NCBI RefSeq assembly: GCF_030028105.1
Contig: NC_092380.1
Location: 83,945,717-84,009,716, forward strand
Length of the DNA: 64,000 nt
From: Mobula birostris
Taxonomy: Eukaryota
Direction: 5' to 3'
The stretch's first letter is position 1; the number at the start of each line of letters is the position of its first letter. A program made the translations under genes and the position numbers. Positions 50,670 through 62,650 of the stretch are shown piece after piece. The notes under the pieces were generated by a model. It worked only from the letters and a program-made list of their open reading frames with translations. It did no database searches and was not told where the DNA came from.

Positions 50670-50770
50670 TTGCAACACACATAAAATGCTGGAGGAACTC
50701 AGCAGTTCATGCAACAGCTACAGAAATGAAAAAAAGTCAACTTTTCAGGCCAAGACCCTTCATCAGGACT
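50670..50770 (-). mobile_element. Penelope-like terminal-repeat fragment
   Basis: Shared tail plus a hammerhead motif at 50735-50770. Confidence 0.75.
50735..50770 (-). ncRNA. Minimal type I hammerhead motif retaining both CUGAUGA and GAAA
   Basis: Minus strand AGTC-CTGATGA-A-GGGT-CTTG-GCCT-GAAA-AG-TT-GACT. Helix I is intact; the helix III palindrome is altered. Confidence 0.62.
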
Positions 50771-51305
50771 AGTGTTCTGATGTTCTAGTGTTGCCTTTTT
50801 TTGTTTCACTAATCTGAACTTGGCCAAAAACACAAAATAACAAAACAATTAATTTAATCAGGGCCGGGATGATTTACCCAAAGCAGGCCTGTTAGGTCCA
50901 GTTCTAGTCTCTAGAGTGTTTCCCTTAGAATGCCCATTGAATTCAGCTTTGCCTTCAGGTACTTGTGGCAATATTACCAAGTAATGTGGATAAGTTTATA
51001 GCATGTCCCTGATGAAATGCTGCTCTGATGTGCAGAGCAGCCACTCTCGTTTTATGGAATTCAGCTGTTTGGATCATGCATCTACTGGGATTATATTGAG
51101 TCAGATGCTGATTGGTCCTGGCGAAAGCAAAACTGGTTTGTGTCACTGTTAACATTGTCAATATCACTTTCTATTACTTTGCTAATGATTGAGAGTTGAG
51201 GCAAAAATTAGCTGCTCTGATCTATTAAGAAGGACATGCTATAAACTTATCTACACTACTTGGTAGTGGTATTCTCAGCTGGACTGGGACAGCTTGGTTG
51301 CGTTA

Positions 51306-52034
51306 AGGCTGATTTATACTTCTGTGTAGTAGCCTACGCCGTAGCCTACGCAAGTGGCCTACGCCGTTATGAGCATTTATACTACTGCATTGGTGCGTCT
51401 GTGTCGCTCTACAATTCACCGCCAAAACACTAGTTGGCAGTGGGGTTTCTATGCCACTGTGTTGAGATACTTTGTGTTGAAACTCAGCATGAAGAAACTC
51501 AAACTTCAAACAATGGTGACTGAAACTGAAGGAGGGTGAATTTTCTGTGCTTGTCCGGCCATTGAGAGACATGGACGAGGAAATGCATTTCAAATATTTT
51601 TGTATGTTGGCAGGTAGATTTGACGACTTGGTTCATCGTCTCCAACCATTTATTTTACATCAGTGTACACACAGTATACTCTAAGACTGGCAATCACCAT
51701 TCGAGTTTTAGTTTCAGGTGGAAGTCAACAGGCTGTAGCAGCTAGCTACAAACCAGCGTCAAGCACAGAGTCTTCCTTAATTTTGGAGGTTTGTAAAGTT
51801 TTATGGAAAGCATCGCAGCCAGAGTTCCTTCCCTGCCCTCAGTCGCCCAATGGGAAGCTATTGCAGTGTTGTGGAAATGCGATGCTACCAAGTGGACCAA
51901 TCACAGTTGCTGCGATCTGCGTCGCTGCAATGTGTAGTTACATTTTTGGGGAGGTACGCATCAGGCTACGGTGTAGGGTACACGGCTACACCGTACCTAC
52001 AGCGTCAATTTGACACACAAGTATAAATTGGCCT
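51306..52034 (+). mobile_element. Complete non-autonomous PIF/Harbinger element (729 bp)
   Basis: 22-bp TIRs with 19/22 match (AGGCTGATTTATACTTCTGTGT); flanks TTA/TCA; subterminal GCCTACGC repeats; HARBI1-like N-terminal coding remnant. Confidence 0.88.
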
Positions 52035-52464
52035 TCACATATTAACCACAGTGCTGCCAATAGCCCATGCCTAATATTTAAATAACTTCACCACAAGTGA
52101 TTCTGGATGCTGTTACAAGCAGTGGGGTGGAAATTCTATCCCTTCACACCACAGCCCATTAGCTAGGCTCCATGCCAGTAATCGACAATTTCACCTTTTG
52201 GGGGAGGAGTAAGGTTGGAACTTATTTAAAAAGTGTAATGGACTGATTAAATTGCAGCAAGTTCACTTAATGGGAGGACTGAGCTTATTATGTAATTCCT
52301 TTGCTTTGCATTATTGCCATATAATTACAAATGGTGCAGAATAAACTTTTATTATATGGTAACATTGAGCCAACTGTCCAGTTGTCTCTTTGCCAAAAGT
52401 AGATATCGTACTTGCATGCAAAACTTTACAATATTGCTGTTTTGTGCAATACATAGCAGTATTA

Positions 52465-52800
52465 CATGTTCAAAGTTCGATGTAAATTTATTATCCAAGT
52501 ACATATGAGTTACCATATACTGCCCTGAGATTCATTTTCTTGCAGGCGTTCACAGAAGAACAAAGAAATACAACAGAATCAATGACTGTCACAAAGACTG
52601 CCAAGCAACCAATGTGCAAAAATAAGACAAACTGCGCAAATACTAAGAAATACAAAAACAAATAATAAAAATAAATAAATAAATAAGCGATAAATAATAC
52701 TGAGAACGAGTTGTAGTGTCTTTGAAAGTGAGCCCCCAGGTTGTGAAATTAGTTCCGTGTTGAGGTAAATGAAGTTAGCCAAACTGATTCGGGAGCTTAA
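52465..52800 (-). mobile_element. Rex/Babar-type 3' tail fragment
   Basis: Reverse complement resembles the 3' UTR at 50100-50345. Confidence 0.6.
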
Positions 52801-53544
52801 TGGTATAACTTGGGTATGTAATCTATTTTTCATTCTAAAATAGATACTCTTTACAAATATCTGAACTATAATACAGACATTAATAAATAGGTTAAATGGC
52901 CCAAATCAGATATGTAATTCTAGATGCAAGGCTAAACATGAATTAACTACTAATATTCATCTGACTCACTGCACCTCTTGGAAATAATAAATAATTATAA
53001 GTCATTGTATTATTTTAAAATAGAAAAAAAATTCACCATTTCTATTTCACTGTGATGGTTTTTAAATTCCTGTTACATCCTTTTAAATGGACTAGCAGGT
53101 GGTTAAATAATCGCACCTGCTTAAGCTTAAATGAGATTTTAACAGATAATCTGAGCTTCAGTTTAGTTTGAAATCTATTTCACATTCTTGAGACAACAAC
53201 CAACAGCCAAATGTAACCAAAACTCTTTTACTCCTGGTTGCACATAAACTGTCACAATGGGAGGTGTTCGGAACGGACCCAAATGCAAGACACAGACACT
53301 GTAGTACAAGGACCAGGACTTGACTAGAGTAGGGACGAAACAGGATACAGACAAGGAGCAGGGACAAGAACGCAGACTTGGGCTAGGGCAAGGACTAGAC
53401 AGGGAACCCGGACAAGGAACTATACACTAGGAGCCTGGGCTTGAGCTCTGAGCCAGAGACTGGACAAGGACCCAGAACCTGGGTCTTGCCTCGGGCTCGG
53501 GCCCCAGAACCAGGAAAGGACATGACATGGCTACAGGACAGGAC

Positions 53545-53710
53545 GTGGCTGGGGTCTAGAGGCTTGGGCTGCAGGCTGAAGTCTTGGTCTTGAGGCTTGA
53601 GCTTAGGGTCTAGGACTTGAGGCTTGAAGGCTGGGGTCTTGGTCTTGAGGCTTGAAGGCTGGGGTCTTGGTCTTGGAATGTGGAGGGTGATAACTCGGAG
53701 GCTTGAGCTC
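53545..53710. repeat. Degenerate ~28-bp tandem repeat
   Basis: GGCTGGGGTCTTGGTCTTGAGGCTTGAA units. Confidence 0.75.
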
Positions 53711-53894
53711 GGAGACAGACTGGGAACTGTACATCAACAGAGAGCCGGGGACCTACCCTTCAAAAAGCCGGGACTCATCTTTAACTCGACACTAACATGA
53801 GACTGGACAGCATATAGACATAGAGCCAGGACTCATCCATAGACAAGCCAGGACTCAACTTTATCTCCACACCTAGGTGGCACAGGTCCACCTG

Positions 53895-54222
53895 TTGGGT
53901 AACGGCAGAACGGCTGGACTTACCCAACAGAGGCAAGGACAACACAAGACAGATCCCCCCGCAGGGTAATGGCAAAACGGCCTGACTTACCCCACAGAGG
54001 CAAGGACAAGACAAGACAGATTGTCCCGCAGGGTAACGACAGAACGGCCTGACTTACCCCATGGAGGCAAGGACAAGACAAGACAGATCCCCCCCCAGGG
54101 CAACAGCAAAATGGCCTGACTTACCTACGGAGACAAGGACAAGACAAGACAAGACAGGACCCCCCGCAGGGCAACGGCAGAAAGGCCTGACTTACCCCAT
54201 GGAGGCAAGGACAAGAAGAGAC
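53895..54222. repeat. ~67-bp tandem repeat, about 5 copies
   Basis: GGCAAGGACAAGACAAGACAGA...CAGGG(T/C)AACGGCAGAACGGCCTGACTTACCCC recurs at 53932, 53999, 54066, 54132 and 54204. Confidence 0.9.
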
Positions 54223-54894
54223 AAACACAAAGAATGACAGACAGTTCCACCTCTGCTCCAGGGTAGCTCCGAGTCTCAGTTCGGCCAGCAACTTCAGCTG
54301 GCTACAGAAACAGCCAGATCCCTACCTAGATTGGAGTGGCTGGTAGCCACTTAGTCAGCCTGGGAAACAGCTGAATCCTACTGCAAAGACAGCTCCGACT
54401 ATCGACAGCAAGGCTCCATGAAGAGATGATTCTTCAACACTGCCTGAAGTTGACAAGTGGCCATTCTAGCCTTCCACCAGCAGGTTGCTCTCAGGGGATC
54501 TTGACAAGACAAACCAGCCCCCCACACTCAACCCCAAGGCTACTTATATTCCAAGCCCCAAGATGGGAATCAGGTGCCTATGATTAACTCAACCAAAACA
54601 AGGGACAGCTGGAAGACCTGGAGTCCTGAGTCCACGGACCGGACCATGAACCGGAATGTGGACTTCACAGACCAGACCATGACATAAACACTCTTAAGCA
54701 CAATGAAAACAAAACAGACATACCTGCGATGAACTGAGCTGTATCCACTTTTCCATTCCAGACCACTAGTGTTTCCATATCAGACCACGATGCAATCAGT
54801 CAAATACTCTCCACTGTGTATCTATAAAAGTTTGTTAAAGTTTTTGATGACACGCCAAATCTGTGCACACCTCGAAGAAATTAGAGAGGACAGA

Positions 54895-55242
54895 ATTCTT
54901 GAACTTCCGGTAATGCCCCCTTTCCTTTACCATTCCCCATTCCTATTTTCCTCTCTCACCTTATCTCCTTACCAGCCTATCACCTCCCTCCTTTTTGCTC
55001 TACCATTGCCTTCTGTCCTCTACTGTCAGATTCCCCCTTCTCCAGCCCTATATCTCTTTCACCAATCAACTTCACTGATCTTTACTTCACCCCTCCCCTC
55101 TCCTGGTTTCACCTATCACCTTGTGGTTCTTCCTCTCTTTTCGGTCAGTCCTAATGAAAGGTCTTGGCCCAAAACGTTGACTGTACTCTTTTCCATAGCT
55201 GCCCTCTGGCCTGCTGAGTTTCTCCAGCATTTTGTGTGTTGC
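54895..55242 (+). mobile_element. Penelope-like 3' fragment with degenerate hammerhead motif (55146-55183)
   Basis: AACTTCCGGTAA ORF end, pyrimidine tract, CAGTC-CTAATGA-AAGGTCTTGGCCC-AAAA-CGTT-GACTG. Confidence 0.78.
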
Positions 55243-55311
55243 AAGAAATTAGAGATGCTGCTTTGCTTTCTTTAAAAAGGCACTTACGTGCTATTCGTAG
55301 GACAGATCCCC

Positions 55312-56887
55312 TAATAAGTCCCCAGGGCTGGACGTGATATACCTCAGGTTGCTGTGGGAAGTGAGAGAAGAGATCGCTGGAGCAGTAGCTATGATCTTTG
55401 AATCCTCTTTGGCTGCGGGGGGGTGGGGGGCAGTGCCGAAGGATTGGAGAATGGCAAATGTAGTTCCCTTGTTTAAAAAAGGTAATACGAAGAATCCTGG
55501 GAACTATAGACTGGTGAGTCTTACATCAGTGGTCTGCAAACTATTGGAAAGGATTCTTAAGAGGATCTACAAGCATTTGGAGAAGTACAATCTACTCAAG
55601 GATAATCAACATGGCTTTGTGAAGGGAAGGTCATGCCTCACGAGCCTAACTGAGTTTTTTGAAGAGGTAACAAAAGAAATTGATGATGGTAGGGTGGTAG
55701 ATGTGGTCTCCATGGACTTTAGCAAGGCATTTGACCAAGTCCCCCATGAGTGACTCATCCAGAAAGTCATGAGGCATGGGATCAGTGGAACCTTGGCTGT
55801 TTGGATTAAAAAATAGCTTATAGGAAGAAAGCAGAGGGTAGTAGTGGAAGGAAAGTATTCTGCCTGGAGGTCAGTGACTAGTGGAGTGCCTCAAGGATCT
55901 GTCCTGGGACCCCTGCTGTTTGTGATTTTTATAAATGACCTGGATGAAGAGGCAGAAGGATGGGTGAGTAAGTTTGTGGATGACACGAAGATTGGAGGAG
56001 TTGTGGATGGAGCTGTAGGTTGTCGAAGGTTACAAGAAGATATAGACAGGATGCAGAGTTGGGCAGAAGAGTGGCAGATGGAGTTCAATCCGGATAAGTG
56101 CGAGGTGATGCATTTTGGAAGGACAAACCAGAAGGCTGAGTACAACGTTAATGGTCGGTTACTTAAGAGTGTGGATGAACAGAGGGACCTTGGGGATCAA
56201 ATCCATACATCCCTCAAGGTCGCTGCACAGATTGATAGGATAGTTAAGAAGGCCTATGGGATGCTAGGCTTCATTAATAGGGGGATTAAGTTCAAGAGTA
56301 GAGAGGTCATATTGCAACTCTACAAATCTCTGGTGAGACCGCACTTAGAATATTGTGTTCAGTTCTGGTCACCTTATTATAGGAAGGATGTGGAAGCTAT
56401 GTAGAGATTTAGCAGGATGTTACCTGGATTGGAAAACAAGTCTTATAAGGCAAGATTAGCAGAGCTGGGACTTTTCTCTTTGGAGCCTAGAAGGATGAGA
56501 GGGGACTTGATAGAGGTCTACAAGAGTATGAGAGGCATAGCTAGGGTGGATAGCCAGTACCCACTTTCCAGGGCACGAATAGCAAACACCAGAGGGCATA
56601 TGTATAAAGTTAAGGGAGGGAAGTTTAGGGGAGACATCAGGGGTAAGTTTTTTACGCAAAGAGTTGTGGGTGCCTGGAATGACTTGACAGGGATGGTGGT
56701 GGAGGCTAAAGCATTAGGGGTATTTAAGTGCCTCTTGGACAGGCACATGGATGAAAGAAAAACAGAGGGTTACGGGGCAGTGTGGGTTTAGTACTTTTTT
56801 TAAGGAATATATGGGTCAGCACAACATTGAGGGCCGAAGGGCCTGTACTGTGCTGTAGTACTATAGTGTCTAGTGTCTGGTGTCTAA
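55312..56887 (+). mobile_element. 5'-truncated CR1 LINE (RT and 3' end)
   Basis: NYRLVSLTSVVCKLLE, MDFSKAFD, SGVPQGSVLGPLLF, FVDDTK, FFTQRVVGAWN; (TAGTGTC)n tail; several in-frame stops. Confidence 0.93.
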
Positions 56888-59699
56888 TATGATAATGCCC
56901 AGGAACTTGAAGTTACTGACCCTCTCCAACTCTGAGTCCCTTAGGAGCACTTGCTTGTAGACCCCCAATTTCTTTCTCCTGTAATCAATAATCAGCTCTT
57001 TGATTTTGTTGTCTTTGAATGAAATTAACTCTGGTCTCACCCTAGTAATCGTTCCGCTAATCCACCACCCCTTCTCTGAAACTGAAAATAGATGTATTTT
57101 CTCTCTTTTACAGTTCTGATGAAATGCCCCGGACTTGAAATATACATTCTCTTTCTCTTTCCACAGTGGCTGCCTGACTGGATGACTGTTCAGGAAAATT
57201 GGAATGTACAGTTAATTTGCCAAACAATATCCGCATTCCATGAGTGAATGAGACCAGACCTGTTCTGTCTTATCCTAGCAGAGATAAAATCCTTTTGTGC
57301 CAATAATATTTCTCCATCTTGGGATGTAACCTTTGTGGTGTTTACCTAGATTCTACAAGGTGCAACAAATGTTCTGATAAAACATCGATTGGGGTGAAGA
57401 TGGGTTAATTCCAATGGTGTCGTCTTAACCCTATGAATATTGATGTTCATTGAAAATGTTCCTGAATGTTTAAAAATGACATGAAAGTAGGGGATCATGC
57501 CAGCATATTCTACCTGAAACTGAAGGGTCACTGGGTCAGGTTCTGCAGTGGCAGTCAGGGGAAAATGAGCAGGTGATTAGGGAAATGACCATGACCTGGC
57601 TATGGGAGAGAGCAGAATTTTCATGATCTATAGGATTTTCAGCGTCACGGTCTATGCCATTTTGGTAATTTTTGGGACTGTGGCATATCAATCGGGGTGA
57701 GAAGGAGCAGCAGCAGGGAGGATAGCTGGTGAAAAAGGTGGCAGTTTGGTGAGGGGAATACTAGGGTTAAGGGATGAGGACAGAGATAGCATTGAATGAA
57801 AATGATACTGAAAATTGTAGCTAAGTATTTGAGCTCATTAATGAGGATTGACTCTAACCAAACGCCGAAAAAGGCACCCTCACCTCAAAACCTCTGGTAG
57901 GCTCCATTGTTTAAAATCCCTGTGACATGCCAACAAACGTGCCATACCTATTTCAGTGTTAACATTTAAGTCTGTCCTCCTGAAGTATTATCTTTCTGAG
58001 CTCGTTACCTTGTGAGTTCAAATGGGTGAAGCCATTAAGCTGCTACAATAATACATCATATTATTTCTTATAAATCTATAATGTTTTACTTTGAAGTGGT
58101 AGTAGATGTTAATCCTGATCAGACCTATTTCATATACGCATAACACAAATGAGTGTTCAGATTTTGGGTCATAAAGTCATTGGACTCAAACTCCATGGGT
58201 TTCCAATCAGCCCTTTATCAATCAACTCTTTAGGACACAAGCCTGTCACAGTTAAGTGTCTGGAAAGCTGAAAGTGCCTGCACTGATACAGAACAACTGT
58301 GTGCAAAAGTCCACCTGGAAGCCAACATCTGTCGAAAGGAAACAAACCCAAGGTGATGAGGAAGCTACGTGAGTACTGGAGTGTTGGAGTGCTGTTTGAT
58401 GATTCTGCAGCTGACAGCTTCCTGTGGGTTTGATTGACAGATCAATCAGGATGTGTAAGTCATTGACATGGGACATGAAAGACATGAAAGGAACAACAAG
58501 TATAACTAAAACACAACTCAGTGGGGAAAATAATATAAATATTCTGCTGAGGAAGAGATCTCAAATTTCAAAAGGTCAATCATTTTGCTATTAGCATAGG
58601 GAAAAACATGGTTAGAATACTGTGAGAGTTAGTGTTGAAATATGTATTATTATTATTATTATTATTGTTATCACTAATGGTTATTGTTATATGGTTAATA
58701 AATGCAGAGAACCTTAGCAAAACTGGGTTCCACCATTAAAGTTCAGCAACAGGGTAGCATGGCAGATGTCATAGCATCTGCAACTCAGCAACCCCATGGG
58801 CTTAAGTGGGCCTGCTTTAATCTGGGACTAATTTACACAGGAATGGTAAAATACCAGCGTTTCCTTTCAGAACCATCAGCCAAATCCCACCCATGTCTGC
58901 CACTTAGCCTTTTAAATTACTCTTTATGCTTGTCCACTTGCTTATATATCTGTTCCTTTTTATTATTATGAGAAAAGACCGATTCATTTCTCTTGAAGCA
59001 GAGGAGTTTGAATGACGATTTAACAGCTATTTACAAAATAATGCACAGAATAGGTGGCATAGGTAGTCAGAGGTGTCCAAAGCCATAGAGCATGCTCTTA
59101 AGGTTAGGGGTAAATTGACTTAATCAGATATGCATGAGTTTTGAACCTAGTTTTAGAAAGTGGGATTAGGTTGGAATGTTCCTTTTAAACTAGCACAGGC
59201 ACTCGTGCCGAATGTCCCCTTCTGTATCATTAATTTTCTGTGATTCTCACACCTCTGCATGTGTTGGACATGTGCCCACTGGCTTTTCCTGCAACTTTTC
59301 GGATGTAACCAGGGCTGTCATTCTACAAATTGCCAGCAAGCTTTCCTGAAAAAAAAACACTTGAAAATGTTAAAATTATTGGCCAAAGAAGACTTCATAT
59401 TGTAAAAACAGATCAAAATTCTTAATTATCAGTTCGAATTACAATGGTTTATGTTCTTGCGGTGTAATTCTTCCAGTGTATGAACATAAAACAAGAGTAA
59501 TGGAAATGCCTGAATGTTTATAGTCAAAGCAGATGGGCAATTTCACCAATATGAGACTGCTGATTTAAAACTATTTGCTATGGTTTATTGCTCTGCTCAC
59601 CAAAGAGATGTAATGTTCATATTTTCACAGTACCTTATATTCTCAAAAGTATTGTTTCATCTTGATGCTAACAATATGCTTGTATGTCTACATTAGTGT

Positions 59700-62650
59700 A
59701 GAGAACATCCACAAGAAAGAAAGAGAATTTGAAAACAATAATCTATAAAGGAGATCCAAAACACAGACAAATAAATCATAGGACTTAAGATGCTACATAG
59801 GTGGTCTTTCAGATGCCTGTGTCTGCTCTGGCTTTTGACTAGAGCATTGCCCAACCCTCTGCTCTTTTCCAAAGTCTCTTGAAGGTCAAAATGGAGACTG
59901 CCTCCATCACATGCAAGTACCATCTTCCAGAGTTCAACCATATAGAATGTAGAAAAGATTTTCCTCAAGTCATTATTAATTTTCTTCCCATTTAGTTATT
60001 TACAGTGTCTAGTACTCACTCTGTTCAGTGAATGGGTAAAACTCCCATTATTCACTGTATTCAAGTTTCTTATCATTTTATATATATTTCCATCTTCTGC
60101 CTACAACTTTTCCTTCTCCAAGGAAAACTGTCCCATATCTTCAAATCTATCATTGTAATCTTCTCTAGACACTCTTCTGTGCCTCCATATCTTTCCTATA
60201 CAGTATTGAAATAACTAGAAAATAGCTCTATTCTCTAGTTGAGGTTAGATTAGTATTATGTAAACACTCAATGCAATTTTCCTACCTTCATGCTGTATGC
60301 CTCTATTGAAAGTCCAACATTTTTCACACCTTATTAATTGCTCTATTATTTCTGCTATAATCAATGTTCTATGCAAATATATCCCCAGGAATCTTTGCTC
60401 CTGCACTCTTTTTACAACTGTATCCTATATTCCATATTGTCTCTTCATATTCTTCCTACCAAATTGTATCACTTGACATATCTCTACATTTAACCTTTGC
60501 CTACTCTGCCTATCTATTTATAAACTGCTGTGAAGAATCATTTTGCTCTTCACTTTTCAAAATCCTGCCATATTCTGCATCATCCACACATTTTATTTTG
60601 GTTTGCTTCTCCAGATGTTTGTCATTAATCTAGATCAAAAGTACTAATGACACTATTACCAATCACAGGAGAATACCTCCATTTATCCAAACCAAGAAAA
60701 TCCATGACTCTCTGCTTTCTGTTACTTAACCAACATTATGTCTGTGTTATTAACGTCTCTTTGCTCCTTAGCATTTTATGCAGCACTTTATCAAAAGCTT
60801 TCTAGAAGTCTACTGGATTACCTCATCAACTATATGCATAGTCCTACCAAAAAGAAATATCAAATTGGATCAGCACAATTGCCCTTAACAAATCTGTGCT
60901 TGCTTGCTTTAATTTGTTTTTCTTTGAGTGGCTATCGTTCCTATCCCAGACAACTGCTGGTTAAAGTTTTACCAACTTTGAGGTTATAATCAAAAGGCCT
61001 ATAATTGCTGGGCTTATCTTTGCTCCCCATTTTGAAGCGGGGATAACATTTACCACAGTCTTGTCTGCTGACAATATTCATGTTCAAAAGCGCATTGAAA
61101 GATTATGATCAGTGCCCATGATTTTTTTCAGTACTCTTCTCAAAATCCTAGCAGCAGTTCTATCTGGTTGAGATGACTTAGCTACTTTAATTTCAGCCAA
61201 CTTCTCTAATCGCTCCCTTCCATCCATTTTTATTATGGCTGGTGAATTAACCATCTTCCTTTTCACTACTAATTTGGAAGCACCTTCTTCCTTATGAAGA
61301 CAGATGCAATGTATTCACCTAGCATCTTAACAATATCCATCTATGTGCAAGTTACCATTTTTGTCCTTAATAATCTTTATATGCCAATAAAATATTCCCA
61401 TTTATCTTATCTAAACTTTCTAGAAATGTTTTTTTGTTGCCTTTCCTGTTTCGTTCTTTTACTTTCTCTCCAATTCTTTTGTTATTAACCTGGTTCTTTT
61501 TATTTTCAACCCCTCACTTGTCATACGCCATCACCCAGGACAGGCCCTCCTCTCATTGCTGCTATCAAGGAAGAGGTACAGGAGCCGGAAGCCACAAATT
61601 CAATGTTTAAAGAACAGCTTCTTCACCTCTGCCATCTATTGTTTTTTTTTGTATTATGTATTTAACTGTATTGCTGCTGCAAATCAATGAATTCCATGAC
61701 ATATACCTAATTCTAAAGAGGACTTCTAATATTTTACTTTGCTCTGTACCTCTTTTGTTATACAAAGTGTATAGGAGTTATTTGATTTTCCTTTGATCCA
61801 TGTATTCCTTAAATATAGACCATTGTTCTGACATTGTTTTGCCTGTCATATTTTGGTTCCAATATTCCAGGGCTAGTTCTATTAATGAATTATTCTAATC
61901 TTGGATCACCCCGTTGACTTTTCCATAACTAACATAAATATTTTGATTTTATGATCATTATTTTGTAAATTGTTACTGGATTGTAACTTGGTGTGCTTTT
62001 CCACCTTATTCCCTGGAACCAGATCTGCCATTGGCTCTTTACTTGTTGGACTAGAAGCATACTGCTCTAGAAAATTATTGAGAGCAAATTTTAGAAACAC
62101 TTCACTCTCTCTGCCCTTCCATATATCCTTTACATCCATATAATTACCTATAACTACACCTTTATTTTGCATTTCTTTAATCTCTCTACACGGCCCCTGC
62201 TTGAGGGTGATCTATAGAAATCACCGAGCGGAGTTTTGTTCCCTATACTGCCTCTTGGTCATAATCAAACAGATTCTGTCTTTGATCCTTCTCTACCAGA
62301 TTCTCTGTTCAGAATTATACTAATTCCTGCTGAGTTCCTCCAGCATTTTGTGGGTGCTGCTTGGATTTCCAGCATTTGCAGATTCTCTCTTATTTGTGAT
62401 TAGGTTTCACCTCTATTCATTTATTTCATTCCTTTTCTTGAACACTCTCATTTCGGAAATGTTTAATGCCCAATCTTATCCCTATTTGATCCAAATTGCT
62501 ATTACTGTCGCATCACATTCCCACACGTTACACATTCACATACAATCGAACCTATTCATATCATTTCCGTTTTGTCTGATCCTGGCAAAGTCCTAACATT
62601 GACCTAATCTAGTGTAAACTGTCTTCTCTATTGCTTTTTGCATTTTTGCC
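59700..62650 (-). mobile_element. Old, highly decayed CR1 LINE with small nested fragments
   Basis: VVIGNY..FLEQYASSPT..DLVPGN (APE), KVAKSSQPD (linker) and NYRP-like remnants on the minus strand. Confidence 0.65.

Larger units (their letters stand above)
53250..54684 (-). mobile_element. Solo LTR (Gypsy-like), related to 28120-29432
   Basis: TGTCACAATGG...GACCATGACA; perfect 5-bp TSD TAAAC (53245-53249, 54685-54689); minus-strand CACCTG...TATAA promoter-like segment near 54540-54580. Confidence 0.88.

Noticed and set aside
57347-57462. Minus-strand 116-bp exon candidate
   Set aside because: All three frames contain a stop before the donor.
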